From Podarcis gaigeae (Eukaryota), in NCBI GenBank assembly GCA_964106915.2, contig OZ066914.1: DNA of 64,000 nt; one strand, 5' to 3'. Below, piece by piece: positions 13,533-27,000 of this stretch (position 1 is the first letter of the stretch; each line of letters starts with the position of its first letter). The notes under the pieces are model-generated. The model worked only from the letters and a program-made list of their open reading frames with translations, searched no databases and was not told the DNA's origin. The position numbers and the translations under genes were made by a program.

Positions 13533-13810
13533 TAGGGTTGCCATACGTCTAGGAATTCCTGGTTATGGCCTGTTTTGGGGGTCCTACATGCCCATCCCGG
13601 GGTGGGGGGGTGTTACATTTTAAAGTAAATGTCCTGGATTTGGTTAAAAAAAGAAAGTGTGTGTGCACTGGTGGCTCTGGTTCAGGCAGCTAGGGCAGCC
13701 TGTGCTCTGGTTCAGGCTTGGTTCTGGTGCTGGCAGAGGGGCTATTGCCCTAAAAAAGCTCAACAACTTTTTGTGTCCAGATTTTTACCTCTTGAAATAT
13801 GGCAACCCTA
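13533..13810. mobile_element. hAT-type MITE with TIR tagggttgccata
   Basis: tagggttgccata ... tatggcaacccta inverted termini; related copy at 38041-38287. Confidence 0.75.
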
Positions 13811-15257
13811 GCATCAGGGAAATAGTACTAGCCCCCAGAAACAGCTACTTGAAAACTATTTATACAGGCATCTCCCCACTTATGCACGTTCGACTCATAT
13901 GTGACCGTGTATATGTGCAGTGCTGGGAAATAATTAAATAACTTGATTTAAACTGCAAAAAGGCAGAGAAAGTGCAAAAATGGCCTGTAAAGAGTGGGAG
14001 AAAGTGCAAAAATGGCGCAAAAAAAGCAGTGCCATTAGCAGCAAGTGAATCTGACCCACAGCCAAGCACTTGGGGGCACTGGTGTTTACACACACACCCT
14101 TGCCGTTGTTTCCACATCGTCCTCCAGCAGTGAAGACTGAGAGCCATTGCTACCATTCATGCCAGTCTGGAAAGTGCTGCTGGTTTTTTTAAGGGGTTTC
14201 AGTGGTTTCCAAAGGTTTAAAGGGCATTTACAGGCTTTTAGGATGGTGTTCCCCACTATACATGATTTCACATATATGTGTGGTATCCTGGGATGTAACC
14301 GCCACCTAAGTGGGGAGCTGCCTGTACTTCTAGACCATTCTAATTCATTATAATCATCATGTGACACAGTCAATGTTTCCCATTTTACAGATGTGAGTGA
14401 GACACAGAGCACAAGCTAACTAATATGGGCCTTGAATCTAGTTCTCACAGATCTTTCTTTAACTCTCATTGGATAACAGTGCCATAATAGGAGAATCTTC
14501 TACTTGAACATGTGGTAGCTTTACTTTGTATATACCACAATTCTTTATGAACAGCTTCTCAGATTTGAAAAACTAAACGAAATCATGCACTGCAATCCTG
14601 AATGAAAATCAGATTAACAGCTGCCTTATACTGAGTCAGACTATTCACCCATCACTGTCTTACACTAAGAGGCAACAGTTCCACAAGTTTCTTAGCCCTG
14701 CTACCTTGAATTAGAGAAGGCTGGAATTGAACCTGGTACCTTCTGTATGCAAAACATGTGATTCCCCACTGAGTGATGGGTGCATTTTTGTCTCCATGAA
14801 AAGATCCCTACCACTTCATTCTGCAAAACAACAACATGGAAGACCGAAGATATAAATAAGCTGGTCACACTCCCCTAAATCTGCCTCTGCCAGAGTAAAC
14901 CATACTGGGCTGGATGGAACAATAGTCTAAGTATAAGGCAGCTTCAGATGATCAGATATGTAGGATTTCATCTATAGCACTATACGTGTGATAGCTCCAA
15001 TTCAGCTTCAGTGCCACATACATCCTACCCTCACATAATGGGTGAAGGGACATCCAAGTTGTTGCCACCACTCCTTTTAGGCAAGCAGGACTGTTTGAAT
15101 GATTTAAGGCTAGCTTGTTTTTGAACAAAAAACAGCCAGATGATTGCTCCAGTAGTGAGCTGCAGACTGTGTGTGTGCGTGCGTGCGCAACCCCATAAGT
15201 ACTTAAAATTATGCTAAGAGGAAACAGTGTGTTTTTCATAGGTACTATTCCATACAT

Positions 15258-15570
15258 CAGGGGTGGCCAACTCTCAAGAGACTGCGATCTATTTTCAGAA
15301 TTAAAAACTGGCAGTGATCTACCAGCTTTTTGGGGGGTTCAGCTCAAATTTGTTGAGCTTTTTTTAGAGAGGAGAAAAGCCCCTCACTAAAAAAAGAAGG
15401 GGTAAAGTCACTCACAAAAAACAGCAGCACAGAGAAAGCTCTGTCTTCCCTTCCAGAGATCATACAACAATGGAGGGCAGGGCGAGGGGGCAAGGCAGGA
15501 GTCAGTTTTAGCGACACTAAGGAAAGGGAGCCAGAGATCGACCGTGATCTACCAGTAGGACATCCCGGCC
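15258..15570. mobile_element. hAT-like non-autonomous element
   Basis: Begins caggggtggccaact; internal gatctac repeats; right end degenerate. Confidence 0.5.
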
Positions 15571-18500
15571 ATACATATATATGAAACTCATGCAACCACA
15601 TTTCATGTGGCAATCAAAATAACTATAAATATCTAGCTGGGAGAAGAATCACATTTCCCAAGCACAAAATGCTGAAGTCTTGAGTACTGGGGAAACACAG
15701 CATCCCTGCAATGTTAGCATTCCACTGGACGAAGTCCATAGCTTTGAAATGTGGAGAAGGTTAGACAACCTTTTGCAGCAATGAGATGCAGCCTGTGCTA
15801 ACCAGGATGAAATGTTGGAGACATAGGAGATGTAACATATTTATCAACAGGACAATCAAGTAAGGAAAATCAGATGTGGAATGTAATTGTTTGAAGAGGG
15901 GAAAGGTACCGAGCAGAATTAAATAGGAAGTGCCAAACAGAGTTGAAAAGGAGAGAACTTATAAAAACTATTACCAGAGGTTCTGGTTTTAAGTTCCCAC
16001 TCCCCAAATTCAATGCATGTCTCAGCCCAAAAGCACTTAAAAGGACTGACATGGCATTGTATGTGTATTTGGGAAAGTTTGAAAGTACCCTCTGTTGGAA
16101 AAGAATGAAAGTGCTCATCATTAGTCGCTCTGCTAGTGAGAGAAGTATTTCTCCCAGCTGGGAGATATCTTTTGTTAGGGCATCTTTGGCAAAGCTGCAT
16201 CAGCATCTATATGGGGCCTTTGATCACCTATTTTAGTTTTTAAAGTGAACGAAAACCTGCCTGGGAGTGTGAATTAATTCACTGCATAAAGCTTCAGCGG
16301 AGTGTGCAATTCCACCCAAAATCTACTAGTTCACTGACACTGGGTGAGTAAAAGGGTTGCAGTGACTTTGCTACAACTAGGAACTGCTCAGTTAATGGCT
16401 ATTGCTTCAGATACATTCCTAGCACTGAACCGATTGCATATTGAAGTTCTAGATAGTTTTCAAAGGACAGTCTAAACATCCAAGGTGCTGAATAAGCAGG
16501 GAGAGGACACAGCACCTTGGGGATGAAGCCCAGAGGCAAAGCCTTGAAGGTTCTTTTAAAGCCAGGTAGAAGAGTTGGAAAACCAATTTATCAGAGCACA
16601 AGCAGGATGCAGTGTGCGCGAAATAGGTACCAACATGTTTCAGGGGTGAAACTCAATAGAAACTCAGTCTGTGTGTCAGTGGTGTGGCATTTTCTAGTTC
16701 TTTCCTATACAAGGGATATGGGTATGCTAAAAATAAATAAATAAAGGTGTACTTGCGGAGTGTTGGTGTAGTCATTGGCCTTTTTAGTGTAAAACAAATT
16801 AAGTGCTAGAAGACCCATTTTTTTCAAGAAAAAAAAAAGACAAATAAGATGCCGTAATGTAATGCAGCAAATAAACTCAACTCCCATTTTTATACTTGCC
16901 TCTCCTGCTGAGTGCAAGCATTTGATACACCTGAATCTGTGTATTTTCCTTCTTCCAGGCAGAAAGCCCAACAGTCACAAAAAGCACAGACAATCTGGAA
17001 CAAACACAGTTAAGACAGTCTGATTCCTGCTACCAGTGACAAGGAAGAGGATAACAAACACTCTTGGGATACAATCAAACAGCTTTAAAAAGTAACAAAA
17101 CCCATGAAAATGACAATGAACTGGTGCTCCGGTCAGGCACAACATTGTAGTGCAATAGCTTGTTGCATCATTCACAATCTGATCACCACCAAATGAACAT
17201 ATTAAAACCTTCTCCAAGCAAAGCTGTATCAACAGCCTCTCAACCTGGCTCTCCAAGCCTAAAATAATCATCTCAGGGAGGGGTGGGGGACCTGCGGCCC
17301 TTCATCAGCCCCAACCAGCATGACCAACAGTCAGGGATGATGTAGTCCAACACAATCTGGAGGGCCAATGGTTAGCCATCCTTGTCCTAAGGCAGGAAAC
17401 TGCCTGCTCTCCACCTTCGCAGATTTTTAGATTCATACAGTAGATATGCTGCACGCACAGACACCCTTCCCTCCCCCCTACATTCCCATGACCCACAAGA
17501 GCTGGGAAGCTTCCTTTTCTATTTGTAAAGTGCTTTGAAGTTTAAAGCGCTCTCTAGGTGCTAAGTATTTGCACTGAATCATAGCTTGATTCACAAGGCA
17601 GTGCTCCTCAAGATTGGCAGACTGATTGGAGTGGCATCAGCTGCTTAAGCAGCCTGTCCAGTTTGGTGAGCTTAACCTGCTGTAAGTATCTGCAGCTTAA
17701 ACTCTGCAACACCGCTGCATCCCAAAAGATCCTCATAAACCATGCAGTTTATCATATGCTTTGTCCCAGAACTATATATTCCTGCTGTGTCTTCCTTAAA
17801 GAAGCATATTTTATCAGTCTTGTTCTGGTTTACAGTAGCCTTAGTCAACTAACATGAACCAATACAGCTGTTATTGAAAAAATGGGAACACTGAAGAGCT
17901 AAATTATTAAGACAGATTGGCTCAAGCCTAAATCATTAAGATTAATTGTTTGAAAACTGGAATTTTATCAATAAAAACCTTCTGCACTTCCAATGAAAAA
18001 CTGTTTCAGGGTAGAAAGGGGGGATTTACTCTTCTGTCATGTTGACCACCAGAATTAGTCCCCAATTCACAATTGCCCTGCATATTGCAGAATCATTTAA
18101 TGTTATGCGGGTGTACTATCTTACACCCACGTATTTGCAGTCCTATCCTATGCAAGTTTATTCAGAAGGAAAAGTCCTGTGGAGTTCAATGGGGACTGGT
18201 TTCCAAGCTAGCATACATAGGAGTGTTAAAACATGAAAGGCAACGAGTCCCTAGAACCTCCATAGGAAACAAAACTAAGGCTGCAACCCTGTACTCCCTT
18301 AGCTGGCAACAAGGACCACTGAGCTCAGTGGGACTTACTTCCAAGTAGACACATACAGGATTGTGCTATTAGTCACCAAGAAAACTGGAAATTCCCCCAC
18401 TCGTTTCCAGTTCTTCCAAACAAGCAGCCTTTAAGCCACAAAGAGGCACAAGTGGCTAGAGCTTGCCAGAACCTTCAGGGTGCCCTTTCTTCTGGCAACC

Positions 18501-20095
18501 TGCTTGGGGACCTGAGGCCGCAACCTCAGGGAATGTGCCAAGTACCTTCTGGGTTGCCATGCATGGGTCATATGCTGTGTATGGCATACGAGGCTGCATG
18601 CTGAAGAGGCCTATGGTAAGAGTTGTTCTTTCACATTAATGCTACATTCCGATATGATATGACTTGTAGGTCACAATATGCTTAACTTCCTACATAAAAA
18701 TTATTTCACTCCTAAGTTTCATCACTAGAAAATACTTGCAATTTTACACAGTGCCGCCATGTTGTTGTGAGAAGATCTCAGACATGAGCACTGTTGCAGG
18801 ACTAGTGGCTGAGATGCAATGTCGTGAGTTGTTCTGATGTGTAGTTGGGTGATGCTGATAAGCCCCTGATTGTAGAGTGGCTGAAGGAATGCATATGAAC
18901 AGGGTTAATCCTATCACCCATCATTACTTTCTAAGAAGGATTTGTAATAACAATGCTTCTTAAGGACCCAAGTTGAGGGAGAGATGGGAATGCAGAGAGA
19001 ACATTTGTCCCACTCAGGCAGGTGTTTCTCATACACTTAGTAACTACCTCCCCAAAATGTTTAGTAGCTTTGTAAACATACATGAAACTTCAATGCACAA
19101 TATACCAGTAAGTCCATCTTTTCCCTGAACTCAGGGACAGACCACCATTGACCTTACGTGATGCTGCCAGTGAATGCAAAATCAGGAATGGGGACAGACT
19201 GGCTCTGGGCACCATTATGTTTTGGGGAATAATATAGGGCACTGGCAAGCCAAAAGCTAGTTTAAACCAATTGATTCATGCAAATAGAGATGAAAATTCT
19301 GTCAGATAAAGCAAGATTGTCACTAGTTCATAGTGATCTGGGGAGCTGTGCAATGCTGTGAGACCCAAAATACCTCTCATCCCCTCCGCCCCACCCTCCA
19401 GTACATGTACTTTCTTCTCAGAAGAAGTCTGGTTATCACTGAACACAGAGCTAATCAGGGGAGCAAGACACCCGAGCCCCGGCCCAATTTTCACTGCACC
19501 CAGTCAGGATCGGGAGTGGGGGACTGCATTCCTCTGGAACACAGCCTTAATGGCTATAAAACAGGAGAGTGTGTCTGATTGTTTTTTTCCAAAAAAATCA
19601 CAATGATGACAATGATGGACAGGTGCTTGAGTCAAACATGATACGCTAGTGCAATAGGGCCCAAAGTCACAATCTCCTTGATTCAGACACAATTCCAAGG
19701 ACATTATCTGACCCCTCAGCTTATGTAGCTCTGGTCCTCTAGCCTGTGGACAGTAACTTCCTAATTTCAGCAGGAAAGGCAGAGATCCTGCCTCCTTCTT
19801 AAAAGAAATACGCTGAGGTAGGGAAACCAGTCATCTAACTTCAGTGAACAAGGTCCTCAAAAAGCAGCAGGCTGCGTTAGGCAGTGATTTTCTCCCTAAC
19901 TAAAGAACACAAACCACGGTGTGGCATCCTTCGTGCTGACCTCCACTGTGGCGCCATTAACAAAGCACCTAGGAAAGAATGCCACCATTCCCCATGCATC
20001 TTCCACAACTCTCACCTGCCCAGTGACCAGGTCCTCCACGTTTTATCCCATGACTCAAAGCATGGGATTGGCTATTTGGGCCCTTCTCTCCTACA

Positions 20096-21023
20096 CTAGA
20101 GGGCTGAGATCATGCAGTCCTCTTGTTTGGCAGGGCTGGTCATATTGCCAGTGGGAGTGGAAGTCCGGATTTTGTCAGTGGCCAGACATTCCTGGCTACT
20201 CATGCCTGTAGGAGTGAGGTCCATAAGCTCTCCAGAAGAACTCAGAGGGAAAGAAGGGGAAACTGATATGCCTGAGGAGGGATCTGTTGAGCCCGCAAAT
20301 AACCTGGGGGGCTTTGGGACTAAGTTGGGCTCATACTGTGCTCTTAGCAGGATCTCCTGATCACTGACAGACTTGGGCATCTCAGCAAAATCACTAGTGC
20401 TGTCCGATACCATCATGCAGTAGATGTCCTGGAAGGAGCTGCTTTTGCTGTCCAGATTAAAGAGGCTGTCTATAAACTCGGCAAACTCCAACACTTGCGG
20501 ACTGGGGTCATCACTGAGCCTCCCGTTCTGGAGGGTCAGTTCCTCCTGAGCAGTGAAGGAAACGTGGTCTGCATCGCTGCCAGCACCGCCGTCACTGCAA
20601 CGCCGCTGAGGAGTGGTGTCTCCACTGTTGTGCAGGGCCTCAGGAGGCTGAGTCTCCTGGGAGTGTTTGGAGAGGCTGTCAGCAGCAAGCAGCTCTGTCC
20701 GTGAGCTGAGGGAGGGGTTTTCCTCAGGGATTGCTGGGTCGATATAAAAACAGTGAGTCTCATCTTTCTCCATGACTGCATGGAGGCTGGGTGAGCCGCG
20801 GATGCTACGGAAACCAGAGGAACGCCTTGAATCAAAGCTGTAGATAGATTCATTATCCGACAGGCTCTCCATTGTAGCAAGAGGAGCACGCCGGTCCTGC
20901 AGTTCAACAGACAGGCGTTCCTTGGTATCGAGAAGCAGCAGCTCCACAGGATCCTTCTGTACTGGAGATAGAAGCTTGGTCTCATAAAACCCTTCCAAAC
21001 TGATTTCAGAGTGAGCCTTACTC
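20096..21023 (-). CDS. DAGLA: DAGLA exon 20 coding part ([12 protein letters not shown]...PPRLF...MISAL*), cytoplasmic tail
   Basis: 928 nt, ttttgcag acceptor, ORF 20096..20998, stop TAG. Confidence 0.97.
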
Positions 21024-24000
21024 CTGCAAAAGGAGAAGACAAAAATATGAGACTAATACAAGGCTATGCTTTGTATTGGAACAAGCCACAGAAGAGAACA
21101 CCGCAGATACAACTCCTCATTTATGACATCACGATATCCACCAACACCACAGCAGTTATAACACAGCAGGAAGGAATACGTCCATCAGGGGTCTTTAGTA
21201 GATCTTTCTAGAAAAACCAGAGCCACATCCTTACTTAGTGCTGCTGTTCCTTCTGTCCACTACTATGTCTCCAATTCCAATCTGCACAGAAGGCCTAGGC
21301 AGAGGCTGATTCTGGAAGATTAACTCCGGGTTGAGGTCCACTTCTGTAGGACTCACCATCACTTTGGCTGCAGAAAGCAAGGCTGTTTTGCCTTTGTTAT
21401 AATTCTCCAGTACCTGTGCAAAATAAATTGGTAGAAAACAGTTTTCTTCAGTTATCATTTCCAACCTAACCTCACTGACTTTTGACATAAAAGTCAAATG
21501 TCCCACAGCATGCCTAAGATGGATCGCAGCATCATGTTATATCAGTGCTTTTGACTTTCAACAAAATTTTTGTATGTACGCCTCACATTTAGCTGGACTA
21601 CATTTTGCTGGATGCACAATCCCTTCATCATAATGTCCGTCCTTTTCTTCATCCGTGAATCAGTTTGTTCAGATGTTCAGCACAAACTTTTTGGTTCGTC
21701 TTCTATCCCCTCTGGTACCTCCCCAAATAATGCCCATTATTACCTTGTTAAGACCCTCCATGACCACATAAGGCAGGTGTTCGTGTAGCATTGCTGGGGA
21801 AATTATCACTTCATTAAATGCTTTGTTGTCTCCCCAAATGGCAAAGTATGTGGGTTCCTCCGGATCACAGCAGCTGGGGGGGGGGGGGGAGTCAAGAAAG
21901 GCACAGTCATGGGAAAGCAAGCAAATTAGAGGGGGAAGGAATGATGACCCCAGAGAAAAAACACTGGGGCACACAGTGGGGCCGGGTGTAGGGGACATCA
22001 CTCAAAGGACCCAAATGAATAACAGAACACAAAGGCAGTTCTTTCAGGCCCATATTCTAAGGCAGAAGCATTCATATCACATCTTGTCCTGCAAAATCAA
22101 CTGACATTATGAAATGCTATAATATGGGACCAGCAGAGAACAGAAACAAACAAGACTCAAGCAGTTATCTCCTGTCATCCATCTCTTTTCCCACTACAGT
22201 GCTCCTCTACTAAGTACCATTTCAGGCAGGAGCTAAACTGCCAAGAGAATAAAGCCACAGGCTTCTGCAGATACCTTGGTATCATGGCTATATTCCCAAG
22301 GTTAAAATGTCATCAAGAGTACCTAGTTATTACATAATTTTGTCATTCTAACGCTCAGCTGCATTTCCCATTTTTTATTCTATAGCTTGGAATGTTACAT
22401 TCAGCAGACCAGGCAAACTAGCTGCATGTAAATGCATACATAGAGGTTTTTTTTATAATATTAATAGTTTATCCTTGATGAAATACTCACTGACTGCAGT
22501 GAACTACCTGCAGTGACACTTTTGTTTAGTGAGTGTCTTCTCAGTTTGGGTCAATTAGTCTCCCACCCAGATGTAAACCATCCTTTGTTCCTGGGTGGCT
22601 TTGCTTTTTAGGTTGGGGGAGGGGAGGTGGCAGTTGAAGACCCCAGCAATTTCCACCCACCACAGCTGGTACTATGGGATAAATGCAGAGGATGTAAAAC
22701 CAAACTAGAGTTCCCATGGGGAAAATTTAATAATATCCATATGTGCTGCACTATCAATAAAGGTGCCACCAAAATGACAAGTTAGAAACTCTCAGAAAAT
22801 AAGATCGCCACCACCACCACCCCACCCTGGCCACCAAGAAAGCCCATCAAACAGTTTGCTGAATATTATTCCCAGCTCTACCCACCAGCACTGTTCAGCA
22901 GGATGATTGTGAACAACATGAATGATGCGCCCAGGAGGATAGAGTGGTGTGCTTGCTGACAGGGCGATGGTTAAGTCACTGGGATGGGTCCAGAGGCGGT
23001 GACTGGTTACTGAATTCACTTCTTGCTCTTCAGGGAGCTCAGACTTGGGAATGCATTTTGTGGCACCCACAATGATTCTCCACTGTCCAAGAAAAGAGAA
23101 AGGAAAGGAGGAGTCTGAAGTAATGCAATTAAGTGCAAGGCTGAAGTGCTGACATTATATCATGGTACAAAGGGGAAAGGTTGAGAAAACTTCACATTAG
23201 TATTTGGGCTGATTGTTGTTGGTGTGTTTTTTTTAAATGCATTGTGTTCCCATTTGACACTCATAATTCAGAAAAGAAGGCAGCAATCACACTATGGACT
23301 AGATTCCTTGGTTTGTATATTAACAATAATAAAAACATGGAAAAACAGCCATCTCTCTCTCTCTCTATCTAGCTATCTCTATAAATCACTGAGCATATCT
23401 GATTATGAGTTCATGCATTCAGAGAAGAAGCTAGAGTTCATCTCTAAGAAACATCTGTCACCCAGGTTTCTACTTTGAGCAAGGACAAGTAGCAATCTCA
23501 TTTGAAGGAGAAAACTTCCAATTTTTAGGGGCAACTAGGGATGTCATAAATCTGATCATTTGTGAGCCAACCAATTACAGTTGTACCTTGGAAGCTGAAT
23601 GGAATCCGTTCCAGAAATCCATTCAACTTCCAAAACATTCAAAAACCAATGCACGGCTCTTGCAGCCAATCGGAAGGCCCATCAGATGTTTGGCTTCCAA
23701 AAGAATGTTCGAAAACTGAAACACTCACTTTTGGGTTTCAATCGTTCAGGAGCCAAAACATTCAAGAACTAGGCTGCTTGAAAACCAAGGTACAACTGTA
23801 CTTATTAGTTATAGTTCAAATTAGACGGAAGTTTGGGGTTATATTATTGTAAGAAAGAAAGGAGGGTAGTTGTCCAATAGGAAGTTATTAACATTTAGCA
23901 GGCAGTGTCTCAGGCAAACTCCCTCTTAGCAACAGTGATTAAGACATGCGAAATCTACAGAATCTAAACATAGGGAAAATATGATAACCCAGTCTGGTGA

Positions 24001-27000
24001 CTTTCCAGGCCTGACATCACACACAAACAGAACTGCATTTGATAAAAAAGAATACTAATGTTAATATATAGAACTGCATCTCTCTTTACCTCATCAGAAT
24101 AGCACCGTTTCCTTTTAATTTTGGCTCCTTTCCCTGATAATGTATTTAATTAATACCTTCTCTTGTCCTGCATACTGAGCTATCCCAGTATCACACAACA
24201 CACAAGAAGCAGTTACAGAGTTTGCTTGTGTGTTACTTTCCCAGAGTAAACTTTTTAAAAATGTGTTATCACTGCTGTGCAAGTGTAACAGCCTTCAAAA
24301 TACCTTGTCTTCTTAATGGCATATTAATGCAATTGAACAATTGTGGAATGGGCAAATAAGAAAAACGATAATGGGAACTACCTTGAAAATAGATTCAACT
24401 AAGAATACCATCACCTTTTAACCCAGAGGGAATAGTCACAAGGGGATCAAGGCAGGCACATGTCAAACTATGCCAATATGGCCAGAGGCTAAATTATCAG
24501 ATTTCTAACTAATTACATTTCACTACAAATGGAATTCAAGTAGTAACAGGAAGCCCCTCTCTCATTTGAGACAGTTTTTAACAAGAAGGTAAGAGGCTAC
24601 ATTAATCTCTGGCTGTAGCCCAGGCAGATGCTATATGACAGATACACATGAAATTTACATTTAGACTGTGAATCTGCAGTAAGGCAGACAAGGTGTAATC
24701 TTAAAATAACTAGGATTAGGTTGCTTATGCCACTGCTGTTATCATGAATTTATCATAGACCTGGGACAGCAGCCAATGAAACATGAAGTCCTAAACAAAT
24801 AAAGGTGAAGCAGTAACCTTTTCAGCTGCAGTCATACCTCATGTTACATTTGCTTCAGGTTGAGCCTTTTCACGGCAACTCGGGAGTACCAGAAAGGGTT
24901 ACTTCCGGGTTTCCCCACTCGCGCATGCGCAGACACACAAAATAACATCAAGCGTATGCGCAGAAAGGGCAAATCGCGACCCGCAAATGCAAGTTGCATT
25001 CTGCTAATGTTGCGAACGGGCCTCCGGAATGGATCCCATTTGCAACCAGAGGTACCACTGTATTTTAAGAATGCATGTGACACAAATAATTTAATTTCAG
25101 ATAGACTTGAAATCTTTCTTTATTATTTTACATATTAACCTGCCTAATTTTCATAACCTGCCTAATCTGGCTAACATTAAAACATCACAATGGAAATATA
25201 TAGCAACCTCCATTTTAACATCAAAAGCCTAAAAACACAAGAGAGTCCAACTCGTCTTACCTTTGGTTTGTTACTTCTCTGCAGAACATCAAGAAGCTGC
25301 CGGCGAAATCCCTCCAGTTGTGAGAGCCCAATCCTGAGGGATAAAGAATATCAGATGCACTGATGTGGGTATAACTATTATGAGGAGCACATACAGGAAA
25401 GTAAAGAGAGATGGGATCAGAGTAGACTTACCCATGACTCAGTATAAGGCTATTTTATACAAATATACTGAAGACAATTCCTAACCCGTTAGAAAGATAT
25501 GAGCAGATACATTACAGATAATCCAACGAGTAAGTGAATAATACAGTAAGCAAACTACTTAACTAAAACTATAGATAACAAAAAATATGACACAGGGGTG
25601 TGAGAAGTCAATACTCAAAAGGGAAGCAGGCTATCAAAATCCATTTAACCATGATAATGATTCAGAGATTTTAGATGCCATATGACAGGTAAAACAAGCA
25701 AACTAGGAAGACGGAATAAAAGTGTGAAGTACCACTATTGAGATAATCATAAACAAACAGGCGGGAGATGCTTCTACATAATGGGTACTGAACTTTTTTT
25801 TCCATCTCAGGCAAAGAAAAGCAGGCAGCTTCCCACTCCAGCATGGAGAGACTACAGTCTTCTCTGCCTCAGATGCGTGGAGGAGCATGATCTACATGAG
25901 GACAAAGGTGCACTTGGATGATTCCTCCCTTCGCACCTTCCTCTCCACTGCCATCTCAATAAATTTGGTGATGGGAGGCATTTAGTGGAATAAGAGTTGG
26001 GGCATCCATGCTAACCTCATGGAAGGGCTGCATGCCACCCATGGGCCACAGATGTGTGCTAGGACAAAGAAAATGCAAAAGGATATGAGCTTTTAACATA
26101 AAAAAGAGCCAAGAACCTTATACACAATTGTGAGGTGGTGAGAAATGAAAAAGCACACAGGTAAGCAAGAGATGATAATGCACATAAAACGATACACAGT
26201 ACACAAGTGTAAGGTGACACAGTTCACATACTACAGAGATGCTAGGCAGGAGTGAGGTGACAACACGTATAGCTCAAGATACAGTGCAAAGATGGAAGAT
26301 GACACGGAAGATATAGCCAGGAGACAATTCACAGGTGTAAGATGGCTCAGAAGAGGTGACCTGGGAGAGAGCACAAATGTGTAAATGACAGCACAGATAA
26401 CTAAGGAGATGGCAAATAGATGCCAGATGCCACAATATTCACCTTTTTCAGTAATACAGGCAACTGAGAGATAGGGGAGGGATATGCCAAGACACAGGTA
26501 TGCAATACACCAATGAATGAGTCCAGGTAAAAGACACAGCAATACAGATAGCTAGGAAAAGAGGGACAAGCAAGACGGGGGTTGAAGATTGGTAAATAGG
26601 GAAATGAGACAAATGTGAATTGGGATCTTTCAGAAAGGAAGCGCAGAGCTTTGGTATAAAACAAAGAAACACTGAAACAAGAAATTTCAGACTTCTTGAC
26701 TTGCCTGGGGACTAGGTCTTTGCCTAGCACAACTGCAGTAACAAACTCTTTGGAGTACTCCATTGCATCCTCACTAGAAGGGAAACAAGAAGGAACTGGT
26801 GGGATTTCATTGTCAGAAAGGGACACTTAATATCCAATTAATTCTCAGAGTCAGAAATGTCCGGTTTCCAAATTTATAAGGCTGGCACACTGCGTGTTCG
26901 CTAAACCAACAGCCCCCCCACCCCCGGTACTATTCTAGAGATAAAACTCTGAAATATACGCCAGTGTGGTAGCCCAAACATGAAGTGAATCACCAGAGTA

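Noticed and set aside
20112-21042. Antisense and alternative-frame ORFs over DAGLA exon 20
   Set aside because: Shadow ORFs of a real coding exon with no independent support.
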